Of a stretch of DNA of 64,000 bases, positions 46,981-55,870 are shown in pieces. Each line of letters opens with the position of its first letter. The first letter of the stretch is position 1. The position numbers were made by a program, and so were the translations under genes. The notes under the pieces were generated by a model. It saw only the letters and a program-made list of their open reading frames with translations, was not told where the DNA came from and did no database searches. This DNA is from a virus. The DNA lies in IMG/VR virus record IMGVR_UViG_3300044631_000551, positions 1 to 64,000 of that record. One strand, given 5' to 3'.

Positions 46981-48651
46981 ATGGCAACCAAACCGCTACC
47001 AACAATCGCTACTGATTCACAAGGGCGTCCAGTAAAAGAAGATGAGAAATCAACAGATATTAAAATATCAGTTGACACTCAAAAAGTGCAACTCGCTGTC
47101 CTTACAGATCTTCTCGGTGTTGTTAAAAACATAGCAGATAATATGGTTGCTGTGATGCGCTCTCAAGGAATTATGTATGCAGGCATGGACGCTTATCTTG
47201 ATGTAGCGCGTGTAGAAACCAAGAATAGACTAGCCGAAAAAGAAAAAGAAAAAGAAGCTAAATTAGGCGAAGGCGAGCAAGAAAAAAGTCCGCTTGGGAA
47301 ATTGTTTGACGAATACTTTGGTAGTCTCAAGAGATTATTGACAATAATTACAGCAGTTCTGGTACCATTTCTATTAGGATTCGTATTAAGTTTTATCGAT
47401 CTTACCAAACCACTAGATTTATTAAAGGCTGCTCTTATCGGTCTGGCTGCATACATTGGTGGTAAGTTTCTACTGCTATTGGCGAAAAATTGGATTAAGA
47501 ACATGTTCTTAGGTCCAAAAACAATCATGGCTCCTGGTTCTACTATAATCGCAACTCAAGGAATTGGCGGAGTCGCAGGTAAAGGTAAAAAAGGTATTCC
47601 TAAAGGAGTCGGGACAACCATTGGTACTGGAGTCGCAACTACTGAAGTGGCTGCTGGTGGCGGTATGCTTGCTAGATTTGGTAAAGGACTTTTGGGATTG
47701 GTGAAAACTGTTGGTAAACTGTCTGGAATCCTTGCGCTTGTTATGGGTGCTATCGAAGGTCTATTCGGTGGTATTACTGGAGCAATCGAAGGATTCGAAA
47801 AAGGTGGCATTGTCGGGGGATTTAGAGGTCTTTTAGCAGGAGTCACCACTGGTTTTATTAATGGCTTATTAGGAATCTTCGTAGATATAGGACAATTTCT
47901 TCTTTCTGGTCTTTTAGATTTGATTGGACTTGAAGATGCAGCGAAGATAGTTGAAGAGTTTAATTTTAAAGAATTCTTAGACAAATATGTCGGGTTCTTA
48001 AATCCAATCGTAGGATTTATTGATTTATTTGATGAAACTAGTGTAATTAGAAAAAACTTCGACAAAGCACTTGATAATGTTAGCAATGTCGGTGATTTTG
48101 TTTCTAACATCTGGGAAGACATCACAAAAGCGATTCGCGAAGTTTTAATAAAGCTGGCGGGAGCTGTTCCGTTTGGTAACACTCTATTAAGCTGGTTAGG
48201 AATAAAAAAACCATCTGGTCCAAAGCCAGTAGACGAAGAAAAAGCAATAGGTTCAGCACAAGAACAATTAAAGAAAGGTGGGCGCGAAGATATAGCAGAA
48301 AAATTGGAAGGTGTAACCACCGTAAAAGAAGCCAAAAAAATTATAACAGATGCAGGATATAGTGAAAGCCTAGCATCAGAATTACTTGGCGTACCACAAG
48401 CATCTGCAGTACCAAAAGCAGTACCAGCTCCAGCCGCAAACAGAGCAGAAGAACTTAACAGAAAAACTGAAGAAGCAAAAGCCAAACCACCAGCGGCACC
48501 TGCACCAGCTGTAAACAATACAACAGTTGTAAATGCACCAAATAATATTCGATCAACCACTAATATGAATCAAGCACCACACGCAGAACGAGCTGGTCTC
48601 GGCAGTAGAGGAAATGCTGGGTTCAGTGGATTCAGTAAAGCATATACCTAA
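46981..48651 (+). CDS. Tape measure / baseplate hub protein (gp29-like)
   Basis: Follows gp26-gp51; 556 aa, helical with Gly-rich hydrophobic segments. Confidence 0.6.
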   Translation: MATKPLPTIATDSQGRPVKEDEKSTDIKISVDTQKVQLAVLTDLLGVVKNIADNMVAVMRSQGIMYAGMDAYLDVARVETKNRLAEKEKEKEAKLGEGEQEKSPLGKLFDEYFGSLKRLLTIITAVLVPFLLGFVLSFIDLTKPLDLLKAALIGLAAYIGGKFLLLLAKNWIKNMFLGPKTIMAPGSTIIATQGIGGVAGKGKKGIPKGVGTTIGTGVATTEVAAGGGMLARFGKGLLGLVKTVGKLSGILALVMGAIEGLFGGITGAIEGFEKGGIVGGFRGLLAGVTTGFINGLLGIFVDIGQFLLSGLLDLIGLEDAAKIVEEFNFKEFLDKYVGFLNPIVGFIDLFDETSVIRKNFDKALDNVSNVGDFVSNIWEDITKAIREVLIKLAGAVPFGNTLLSWLGIKKPSGPKPVDEEKAIGSAQEQLKKGGREDIAEKLEGVTTVKEAKKIITDAGYSESLASELLGVPQASAVPKAVPAPAANRAEELNRKTEEAKAKPPAAPAPAVNNTTVVNAPNNIRSTTNMNQAPHAERAGLGSRGNAGFSGFSKAYT

Positions 48652-48681
48652 AGAAAAGGGAGCCGAAGCTCCCTTTCTTTT
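48651..48681. terminator. Bidirectional rho-independent terminator between convergent operons
   Basis: AAAGGGAGC-CGAA-GCTCCCTTT flanked by A and T tracts; cUUCGg loop on the minus strand. Confidence 0.9.
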
Positions 48682-49591
48682 AACCAGCTAATTTTCGGAA
48701 GAAATCCAAATCATCATCTTCATCAGAAGCTGGAGTATCTGCTACTGGAGCAGATTGCGCTTCAGCGACTTTCGCGCGAGGAACGTACTCGGCGACTTCT
48801 TCATCAGTGTCAGCAGCAGTTGCACCAGCAACACCACCAGCACCTAGAACGCGGTCAAGCTGTGCTTTCAGCTCATCATACGACTTGAAGTTCGACGGAT
48901 CGACGATTTTCTTCAAGCTGTGTTCAGAAGCCCAGACAGATTCTAGCTTCGCGTCATCATCAAGCAACGGACTCTTCGGATCGAACTGCGACTGATCGTA
49001 GTTGCGATAGCCAGCAACTTGACGAATCTTCAGACGGAAGTTTGCGCCTTCCCACAAATCAAATGGGTTGACTGCTTCGTCGCCTTCAAACTCAGGATAC
49101 ATTACAGCCTGAATCTTATCCCAGATCTTCTTGCCGAACTTGTACAAGAATACCTTGCCATCATTTTCAGGATGGGCTGGATCTTTTACAATATAGACGT
49201 TGGCGATATAGGACAAGCGACGCTTTTGCTTACGAGCCTGTTGGCGATTAGGATGTTCATCATCCTTAGTTGAATTCCAGAGTTGCGAATTGAGTTCGCT
49301 TACTGGGTCTTTGCCACCGATAGTGGTCAGAGAGTTTTCGATATACCACTTACCAGTCGGACCTTGGAAACCATGGTCAAACATTTGTACGAAAGGTACA
49401 TCTTCACCTTGCGGTGCAGGTAGGAAACGGATTACAGCGAAACCATTACCAGCTTTATCTACTTCAGGCTTCCAGTAGTTGGAGTCATCCTTAGCGTAGG
49501 TTTTCTTTTCATTCAACTTCTCAAGCTGTTCGGTCAGCTTGCTGAATGAATCTTGGCGACTGCGTTTTAATTGTTCGAACGATTGTGTCAT
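48680..49591 (-). CDS. gp32: Single-stranded DNA-binding protein
   Basis: DKAGNGFAVIRFLPAP, WYIENSLTTIG, YKFGKKI, NPFD.WEGANF.LKI, acidic tail. Confidence 0.96.
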   Translation of the reverse strand: MTQSFEQLKRSRQDSFSKLTEQLEKLNEKKTYAKDDSNYWKPEVDKAGNGFAVIRFLPAPQGEDVPFVQMFDHGFQGPTGKWYIENSLTTIGGKDPVSELNSQLWNSTKDDEHPNRQQARKQKRRLSYIANVYIVKDPAHPENDGKVFLYKFGKKIWDKIQAVMYPEFEGDEAVNPFDLWEGANFRLKIRQVAGYRNYDQSQFDPKSPLLDDDAKLESVWASEHSLKKIVDPSNFKSYDELKAQLDRVLGAGGVAGATAADTDEEVAEYVPRAKVAEAQSAPVADTPASDEDDDLDFFRKLAG

Positions 49592-49651
49592 AAGTATGTT
49601 CCTTGTATTGACGGTGTATTAACGGTTTCACATGTTCATAATATAGTTGAC

Positions 49652-49659
49652 TATTTATA
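49652..49659 (-). promoter_or_regulatory. Late promoter TATAAATA upstream of gp32
   Basis: Exact consensus overlapping the gp59 stop codon. Confidence 0.65.
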
Positions 49660-50242
49660 TGTCAAATCGACTATCAATTATCTCTTTCATCTTAGCTTTG
49701 TCGAATTCTAAGAACGGTGTGTACTTTTTGATGAGAAGTTTGGTTTCTTTCCACGTTGGGTCATACTCGCTGATGTTTTTATCCCAGTAGGGAACAAAGT
49801 TGAGTACAGTATTCATAATACAAAGAGAATCCAAGCTAAACTCCTTTAGGAGATACAACCTGAGTAGATACGGATGATTGCCACCATCCATAACTAGGTT
49901 GTCATCCAACTCATCCTTCAAATTGGACAACTCTGACTTGAAGTTGTACGAAAGTGATTCCTTCCGCTTCTTCCATGCCAGATAGGTTTCCTCGCCAGAT
50001 GAATCGATAATATCACCGATCCATGCTTTAGTACCGCGAGAGGAAATGTTTGCCAACAAATACTCGAACGGCTCTGGTTTCTTGGAAAGTTTCATGAAGA
50101 AATACTTATCTCGGCGAACCTCGAATGTATCTTCCTTCAAATTCATTTTACCACCATAGCGGTGATAGTCATAACTCGGTGAAGAGAAATGAGTCTTGAG
50201 TGCTAGATAGGTGCTGTAACATTCAAACGGTGTCACTCTCAT
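49655..50242 (-). CDS. gp59: Helicase loader
   Basis: TPFECYSTYLALKTHF...YDY..Y.GK, RRDKYFF.KLS, KKYTPFL; start at the ATGA overlap. Confidence 0.88.
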   Translation of the reverse strand: MRVTPFECYSTYLALKTHFSSPSYDYHRYGGKMNLKEDTFEVRRDKYFFMKLSKKPEPFEYLLANISSRGTKAWIGDIIDSSGEETYLAWKKRKESLSYNFKSELSNLKDELDDNLVMDGGNHPYLLRLYLLKEFSLDSLCIMNTVLNFVPYWDKNISEYDPTWKETKLLIKKYTPFLEFDKAKMKEIIDSRFDI

Positions 50243-50784
50243 GCCCACCACACTGGCACTTGTCGTTTCTTCCAACTAGCCATGCGCTGTTTATCACCGA
50301 TGTAATAGTTGCGATAGGATTTTACAGAGTCACCTTTGACTTTGTATTTGTCTGGCATCGCAGGTGTAGGTTGAGTGAATGGTTTGGTTGCAATGTTTTC
50401 TGGGATGCAGTTTACAAGCCATTTGACAAGTCCGATTTCCTCGCACTTGTGTACCTTACCATAGCGGTGAGTGTATTCCTTACACAACTCGACGAGCAGA
50501 TAAGCGAGCCACTGATAGTTGGCTTTGCTCTCTCGCGCCCAGATAGCGGAAGGATGATTGATATGTGTGGCTTTGTAAAGCAAACTGTCACCAGCGAAAC
50601 TGTTGTCTAGCTTCCAGCGTTTGATACGTCGTCCGCTGGAATCATCAACATACTGTTGCCCATCTAGGACACGATGCGCCGTGGAAAGCAGTTGCGAATA
50701 CTCAAGAATCATCTTGACAACATGCTTGTCCACGTGCATTTCGGCACACGTTTTAGGTTCTAGGTGAAGCGCAAATATATTCAT
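50239..50784 (-). CDS. Pyrimidine-dimer DNA glycosylase-family (denV-like) protein
   Basis: MNIFAL...CAEMHVDKHVVKMILEYSQLLSTAH, YKATHINHPS..W, EYTHRYGKVH, AMPD. Confidence 0.85.
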   Translation of the reverse strand: MNIFALHLEPKTCAEMHVDKHVVKMILEYSQLLSTAHRVLDGQQYVDDSSGRRIKRWKLDNSFAGDSLLYKATHINHPSAIWARESKANYQWLAYLLVELCKEYTHRYGKVHKCEEIGLVKWLVNCIPENIATKPFTQPTPAMPDKYKVKGDSVKSYRNYYIGDKQRMASWKKRQVPVWWA

Positions 50785-50790
50785 AATGAT

Positions 50791-50819
50791 ATTATACCCT
50801 AAAATGTGTTGTTAGTAAA
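50791..50819 (-). promoter_or_regulatory. Early sigma70-type promoter TTTACT-N17-TATAAT
   Basis: One of four copies of this motif in intergenic gaps. Confidence 0.8.
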
Positions 50820-50820
50820 A

Positions 50821-51474
50821 TTATGCTTCTTTCTTTTTGCGTGATACTGGCTTCTTCGTCTTCGGAGTATGGATGGTTCCGATGATGTTATCAACGCAAC
50901 CAAGAGTAAGTGCTTCCTCGGACGACATATAGAAGTCGTGACGCATGTTGTAGATTTCTTCTAATTTCTCAGGAGTAATCTTAGTTTGACGAAGAGTAAT
51001 ATCTTCGATGCGATCTTGTAAGCGCGATGCTTCCAAGAATTCTGTTTCTACTTCTTTCAGTGTACCGATGATACCAGTCGAAACTTGGTGGTACATGTGA
51101 GTAGAATCAGCATAGCAAGAACGAACATGACCGCTAATAGCAATCAGAAAGCCACAGCTCATAGCTGTACCAGTCACGATTGTATGAATCGGTGTGCTAC
51201 ATTCACGCATGATTGACAACAGACCGAAGCACTGGTAGACCATACCACCATAGCTGTCAATGTAAATGTTAATGGGACGTGGTGAATATTCAAGATTGTG
51301 AAGCGCATACAGCTTCTTGATATATTTGTCATGCTTCTCGATAGCAAGAATACTTTCGGTTAGAGCAGCGATGCTGTCTTGGTCGACCTGCTTTGTAAAG
51401 AATAGGTCACGCTTCTTCGGTTGCGGTAGACTTACTTCTTCACTCGAATCAATAACAGTTGTTTCTTCGCTCAT
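50821..51474 (-). CDS. ClpP-like serine protease
   Basis: YIDSYGG, TIVTGTAMSCG (Ser), MYHQ (His), RHDFYMSSEEAL..G.VD (Asp). Confidence 0.88.
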   Translation of the reverse strand: MSEETTVIDSSEEVSLPQPKKRDLFFTKQVDQDSIAALTESILAIEKHDKYIKKLYALHNLEYSPRPINIYIDSYGGMVYQCFGLLSIMRECSTPIHTIVTGTAMSCGFLIAISGHVRSCYADSTHMYHQVSTGIIGTLKEVETEFLEASRLQDRIEDITLRQTKITPEKLEEIYNMRHDFYMSSEEALTLGCVDNIIGTIHTPKTKKPVSRKKKEA

Positions 51475-51489
51475 AATATATTCCTTTAA

Positions 51490-51726
51490 TTATAATGGTA
51501 ATTTTGCAGTTCTTTCCAACAAATTCATATCTCGACATTCAGCTTCTAATTTCGATTTAATCACGTCAGACTTTTTGACCAAGTTCCCAATTGCTGTTGG
51601 TTCCATGTCATTCTCTTCGCAGAAAGAGAGGATGGCTTCGAGATAGCCCATCCCCATTTTTACTTTGCTTTCTACTGCCATAGCAAATGTATTGGCATCA
51701 AATTTCTTTTCAAGTTTATCTAGCAT
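51490..51726 (-). CDS. gp33: Late transcription coactivator
   Basis: F...VE......YLEAIL.FCEEN..E......K..IK.KLEAE...MNLL...KLPL. Confidence 0.85.
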   Translation of the reverse strand: MLDKLEKKFDANTFAMAVESKVKMGMGYLEAILSFCEENDMEPTAIGNLVKKSDVIKSKLEAECRDMNLLERTAKLPL

Positions 51727-52246
51727 AGAAAATGTGCGCTCCTACTTTTGCTACGCGCTTCTTTTTGTAAGACCATTTCGGTTTTACAGATGTATTGTGG
51801 AAGTACATAACACGTTTGTTTAATGTACCGTTTTCATATCGTTCGATGATTTCTTGAACGACATCCCTAGTTTGTTTGTTGATGTGGTGCGGTTTTACTT
51901 TGCGAACATTAGTAAATTGCGCTTTTTGGTATGCTACACCACAAATTGTTTTTGGATAGTATTTACTATTCGCGCGATTGAAGACTGTCGCTCCGACGAG
52001 AATAGCACCCTGTGCTTTGTTACCTCTGGTTTCATTATAGATTACTGCCTCTAAACAGGCAATGTCACTCTTGGATAACGCTTTGATTGGTTTAGATTTG
52101 ACTGGGTTAGTAATTGGAAAGTTTGGTGTTAATTCTTGAAACAGTTTGTCATTATCTAAAAGTTTTGCATCAGCACTTCGTTGATTTATTACAGTCAGAC
52201 TTGCTAGTACAACAGCAAGGATAACCGATTTCTTCATAAAAGTCAT
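51716..52246 (-). CDS. SleB/Hydrolase_2 cell-wall hydrolase with signal peptide (candidate endolysin)
   Basis: CLEAVIYNETRG, V.NR....YPKTICGVAYQKAQF, YFH, KVGAHIFY; hydrophobic N-terminus. Confidence 0.85.
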   Translation of the reverse strand: MTFMKKSVILAVVLASLTVINQRSADAKLLDNDKLFQELTPNFPITNPVKSKPIKALSKSDIACLEAVIYNETRGNKAQGAILVGATVFNRANSKYYPKTICGVAYQKAQFTNVRKVKPHHINKQTRDVVQEIIERYENGTLNKRVMYFHNTSVKPKWSYKKKRVAKVGAHIFYAR

Positions 52247-52276
52247 CGCATTTCCTTTTTTGGTTGGACGAGAAAT

Positions 52277-52284
52277 TATTTATA
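52277..52284 (-). promoter_or_regulatory. Late promoter TATAAATA for the hydrolase gene
   Basis: Exact consensus directly after a terminator hairpin. Confidence 0.72.
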
Positions 52285-52309
52285 GGAAAGGGGGAGTTTG
52301 ACCTCCCCC
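52285..52309 (-). terminator. Probable terminator hairpin
   Basis: GGGGGAG-GTCAAA-CTCCCCC followed by TTT on the minus strand. Confidence 0.7.
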
Positions 52310-52331
52310 ATTTCTTAACAACTATTAAGTA

Positions 52332-52595
52332 TTAGTTGCGGGTAAACAGCGTAGAACCGCCAGCGTTGTAAGCAGCAGCAATCATGCGACGGCTTGGGGT
52401 GCCAAGACGATAGGTGGTTTTGCCATTGCTATCAGTGTTGGTGTAAACAGCATAGCCTTCCGAACGAAGTTGACGGATGACTTCAGAAGCCGAAGTGACT
52501 TTGTAGCTGTTGGTGATTTGGGCGGTCGTCAGAGTCTTGCCGTTTTTCAGGGCATTCAGGACGGTTTCTTTCTGCGAGTTAGTATTCTTACTCAT
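52332..52595 (-). CDS. Small winged-helix DNA-binding protein
   Basis: VLNALKNGKTLTTAQI....VTSASEVIRQLRSEGYAVYTN....T.YRLG. Confidence 0.7.
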   Translation of the reverse strand: MSKNTNSQKETVLNALKNGKTLTTAQITNSYKVTSASEVIRQLRSEGYAVYTNTDSNGKTTYRLGTPSRRMIAAAYNAGGSTLFTRN

Positions 52596-52651
52596 TGTGT
52601 TTCCTCATTATATTAAACATAGATGTAATACTGGCTTTTACCAGTTCAATT

Positions 52652-52680
52652 ATTATACCCTATTTGGGGTTCAAAGTAAA
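52652..52680 (-). promoter_or_regulatory. Early promoter TTTACT-N17-TATAAT
   Basis: Matches the repeated motif. Confidence 0.8.
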
Positions 52681-52731
52681 ATAATGGTAAACCGAGCCAG
52701 TCGGGGTCGGTCACAAAATAGACCTCGGCTG

Positions 52732-52812
52732 CAAGCCCTTGATTTATAAGGAGTTTTTAGGGGTGGTTTTCAGTCCACTTAAACGAAAAAACCTAATAAA
52801 ATCAATGACTTA
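52732..52812. promoter_or_regulatory. Two IHF-consensus sites (WATCAANNNNTTR) in opposite orientation
   Basis: 52732-52744 (minus, AATCAAGGGCTTG) and 52800-52812 (plus, AATCAATGACTTA). Confidence 0.55.
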
Positions 52813-52865
52813 GGTCAAAAAGTCGCAAACATTAGGGTAAAACAGGGGTCAGGGTCGGGTTCAGG

Positions 52866-53345
52866 TCAAAATACGCTTTGCAGGGTCGTTCCCATATTGT
52901 ATGCTTTGCCATAATCAATCACTAATCCTTTTTCGCGTCCATGCGCGTCAATTTCCCAAGGGCGATCCCAGTAGTGCATTTCCCACTCATATCGCTTTCC
53001 TAGCCATTTGCAGATTTCGTTGTTTGTGCTTGGGAGTTGGCGGAGTTCGCGTTTCGCATATTGCTTGATATGCACCATTTCGTGAGCGAGAGTTCTAAGG
53101 TAGTTTACCAGAAGGATATCGTCTGGTGCGAAAATCTGAATGTGGTATTTCTTTGGTGGATCTTCTTCATCCGTCCATACACAATCAGCGAGATCGGTGA
53201 CGTCATGAACATACGGATGATGCTCTATTTTTACAGAGAGAGTTTTTGATAGTTCGTCTTTGAAGAACTTCTTCGCGAAGAACTTACAGAATTGTTTAGC
53301 GTGCAACCTTTGCTCTTCTGTACCACCCTTAATAGTGATTCTCAT
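52866..53345 (-). CDS. Zincin-like metallopeptidase domain protein
   Basis: TLAHEMVHIKQY and YWDRPWEIDA. Confidence 0.75.
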   Translation of the reverse strand: MRITIKGGTEEQRLHAKQFCKFFAKKFFKDELSKTLSVKIEHHPYVHDVTDLADCVWTDEEDPPKKYHIQIFAPDDILLVNYLRTLAHEMVHIKQYAKRELRQLPSTNNEICKWLGKRYEWEMHYWDRPWEIDAHGREKGLVIDYGKAYNMGTTLQSVF

Positions 53346-54015
53346 TTCGGAACTGTTCCCTTAGATCTTTAAGCTGGTTGATGTGTTCGTCAACATAGGC
53401 ATGATATACGTGGGTCTTTCCTGTTTCTTCTGTGGCAATAAAGATTAAAACATGGTCGATTTTCATACCAGTTCTTTCTTCCCACATTTTAGCATAACCA
53501 GCACCTTGGCAAAAGTAGTTGGTTATTTGTTCCTTGGACTTTTCTTTACGAGAAGTCTTCCAGTCCATTACTGCATATTTAGCCATATACTTCCCTATAC
53601 AGTCAACCGTGCCAGCGACTTCTAATTCGTCTGACCATAGTCTGGCTTCTACTGCTAGGATTTCTTCCAAGCCCATGTCAATTTTCTCTTTGAGAGTATT
53701 GAACATTTGTATTGCGTCGGGCATGGCTTTTTGTGCTACATTAGCAAAGCCCTCTATATCGTCGAGGATATAGTGTTCTGCTAATGTATGCATCGATGTA
53801 CCACGGCTGGATGCCATACGCGATACACGATTTGCTTCAGCTTCACCTACTCTGGCTCGCCACGCTTTAATTCCTTCGCGTCCGAGCAAACCAGTAACAC
53901 CAGTCAACGAGGGATAGTTTTTCCCCGACGGTGTTTTATAGGTGCGCTTACCATCTTCATTAACCTGCATAATCTGCGGGATAACGAACTCATCAATTCT
54001 ATTTTTGAACATCAC
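53329..54015 (-). CDS. PD-(D/E)XK exonuclease
   Basis: YPSLT.V, RGT.MH..AE.Y, AGTVDCI, DWKTS, YFCQ..GYA. Confidence 0.85.
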   Translation of the reverse strand: MMFKNRIDEFVIPQIMQVNEDGKRTYKTPSGKNYPSLTGVTGLLGREGIKAWRARVGEAEANRVSRMASSRGTSMHTLAEHYILDDIEGFANVAQKAMPDAIQMFNTLKEKIDMGLEEILAVEARLWSDELEVAGTVDCIGKYMAKYAVMDWKTSRKEKSKEQITNYFCQGAGYAKMWEERTGMKIDHVLIFIATEETGKTHVYHAYVDEHINQLKDLREQFRNENHY

Positions 54016-54434
54016 TTCTTCTTTGGTCCGTAGAACCCATTTTGCATATCTTGAACAAAGCGGTTTGCTTCTTCAGTTTTCAATTGTCTTGCTTCTCTTA
54101 CTGAAGCAACACCCAAGTCTTCCTTTGCTTTCTTTACACGCTCAACTTTTTTCATGGCTTGTTCTGGTGTAATCTCATTTCGGAGAACACGCTTCAACAA
54201 AGCACACTTGTAACCAGAACAGGTCTTTGGTCTTGTTTCGTAGATAGAGCAACTTCCGTTCACGTGCGCGGGACAAGGTTGAAGGAAGAAGTGTTTATCC
54301 TCTTCCTCCTTGTACTTGGTTTCCGCACCGAGGAATATCATCTGTACTAATTCGTGGTCGTGCGCCACTACGTTGCCGAACATTGTTCCGTCGCAACACA
54401 TACCACACGCTACACAAAGGTCAGACGGTGTCAT
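54012..54434 (-). CDS. YkgJ-family cysteine-cluster (CxxCxxCC) protein
   Basis: CVACGMCC...PCP.....CSIYETRP.TCSGYKC. Confidence 0.82.
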   Translation of the reverse strand: MTPSDLCVACGMCCDGTMFGNVVAHDHELVQMIFLGAETKYKEEEDKHFFLQPCPAHVNGSCSIYETRPKTCSGYKCALLKRVLRNEITPEQAMKKVERVKKAKEDLGVASVREARQLKTEEANRFVQDMQNGFYGPKKK

Positions 54435-54898
54435 ACTTTAGTTGTAAAGTAGCATTGACCGACACGAGCAATAGCTTGCTTCATGTCATCAAGTTCAAAG
54501 CCAAACACGAAGTCATCATAATTTCCAACTGCATAAACTTTCATTGCGCTAGAATTAACGATGATGTCTAGGTTTTCTACTGAGCCTTCGAGTTCCACAA
54601 TTACGGTGCTCGAGTCGCGCGAATAAACCATAACTGGAATGCGGATCCCGTCAAAGTCAGCTTCAGCTGTGCTCTCGAATGGGTTTTCTTTACTGGCTTT
54701 GATATTCCACTTTGCGTTGATTGCGGAAAGATAGAGTTTATCGTCAAACCAACCAAATCGTGTTTCGCCGATATTACCATTGCCCCAATCAATTCCGTTT
54801 CTTGCGATACAGAACTCTGAGCTGGGAACCATCTCCCAATCCGCTGCGACGGACTGGGAGGATACTGCAAGCATTGCTGCTAATAAAATCTTTTTCAT
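54431..54898 (-). CDS. Hypothetical exported protein
   Basis: Signal peptide MKKILLAAMLAVSSQSVAA; one Cys near each end of the mature part. Confidence 0.7.
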   Translation of the reverse strand: MKKILLAAMLAVSSQSVAADWEMVPSSEFCIARNGIDWGNGNIGETRFGWFDDKLYLSAINAKWNIKASKENPFESTAEADFDGIRIPVMVYSRDSSTVIVELEGSVENLDIIVNSSAMKVYAVGNYDDFVFGFELDDMKQAIARVGQCYFTTKV

Positions 54899-54904
54899 AT
54901 ATTC

Positions 54905-55609
54905 CTATGCCAGACCCATCTCCGTCTTAGTGACAATATAATCGCGAACCAAACCAGATCGTACGATATCGGTTTCTAAAAACTCAATGTGGTCAAATTT
55001 TTTCATTTTATCTAAGATACTCATGAAGTCATGAATACCGCTCTTTTCTTTTGCATTCTTTAAGTCAGTTTGGCGGAAGTCACCGCAAAAGACAATCTTT
55101 GTCCCTTCGCCTACACGAGTGATAACTGAGTCAAGTTCCGCGAACGAAAGGTTCTGAATCTCATCTACAATCACTACTGCATTGTCAATAGTCAAACCAC
55201 GAATGAACGAGGTTGACATGAATTCTATTACATTTTTACTCTTGAGAATATCATAAGCATCACCGCGACTTAGCAGGTTGTTTACGATTTCTCGATAGGG
55301 TTGCTCATAAACTCTTAGTTTTTCATCCAATGTTCCTGGCATAAAGCCAACGTCGCGTGTTGCCACTGCGCTTCTAACAATATAGATCTTTTTGAATGTA
55401 CCATATTCCAACATTTCCTTTAACGCAAGATATAACGAAATAAATGTTTTACCTGTACCAGCTATTCCGTGGAGAAGTAAGTGATTATCATAGAAAGAAC
55501 GAAACACTATATTCTGCGTTTCTGTCATAGGATTTATCTCTCTTAACTCTAAGCCCAAACTATTAATCTTTACCACTTTCTTAGCTGCTGTTTTGGCGGT
55601 TCTTTTCAT
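54905..55609 (-). CDS. phoH: PhoH-family ATPase
   Basis: GIAGTGKT, GFMPG, FIRGLT, DEIQN, TRVG, CGDFRQTD, DIVRS. Confidence 0.95.
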   Translation of the reverse strand: MKRTAKTAAKKVVKINSLGLELREINPMTETQNIVFRSFYDNHLLLHGIAGTGKTFISLYLALKEMLEYGTFKKIYIVRSAVATRDVGFMPGTLDEKLRVYEQPYREIVNNLLSRGDAYDILKSKNVIEFMSTSFIRGLTIDNAVVIVDEIQNLSFAELDSVITRVGEGTKIVFCGDFRQTDLKNAKEKSGIHDFMSILDKMKKFDHIEFLETDIVRSGLVRDYIVTKTEMGLA

Positions 55610-55642
55610 TGAAGATCCTTGTTGTGTTTGTTTATGGATTCA

Positions 55643-55870
55643 TCACCAATCGTTTATAGTGTTCCCCCTGTGTTTGGATTTAATCTTTTGTAGAACTTCG
55701 CGGAAACCAGCGTCTGGTTTCTTAGCGTCGTTATAGCTAAATGTTGTTGGCGTTTCATGCCATTGTATGACGTGCGGATTCTCCGAGAGGAATGTTTCCA
55801 TCTCGGAGATCTTCATAAACTTTTCGAAGACTTCTTCAGTTTCGGTGTTTTTGAGATTGTACAGTGGCAT
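55643..55870 (-). CDS. Conserved small T4-like protein (FmdB-like N-terminus without Cys)
   Basis: MPLY...NTET.EVFE..MKISE...FL.ENPH..Q, GFREVL.KIK. Confidence 0.65.
   Translation of the reverse strand: MPLYNLKNTETEEVFEKFMKISEMETFLSENPHVIQWHETPTTFSYNDAKKPDAGFREVLQKIKSKHRGNTINDW

Noticed and set aside
47556-48560. 334-aa minus-strand ORF
   Set aside because: Fully antisense to the tape-measure-like gene with no recognisable motifs
53329-54015. Cas4 / CRISPR-associated nuclease
   Set aside because: Lacks the four-Cys Fe-S motif, and there are no cas genes or array; ordinary phage PD-(D/E)XK exonuclease
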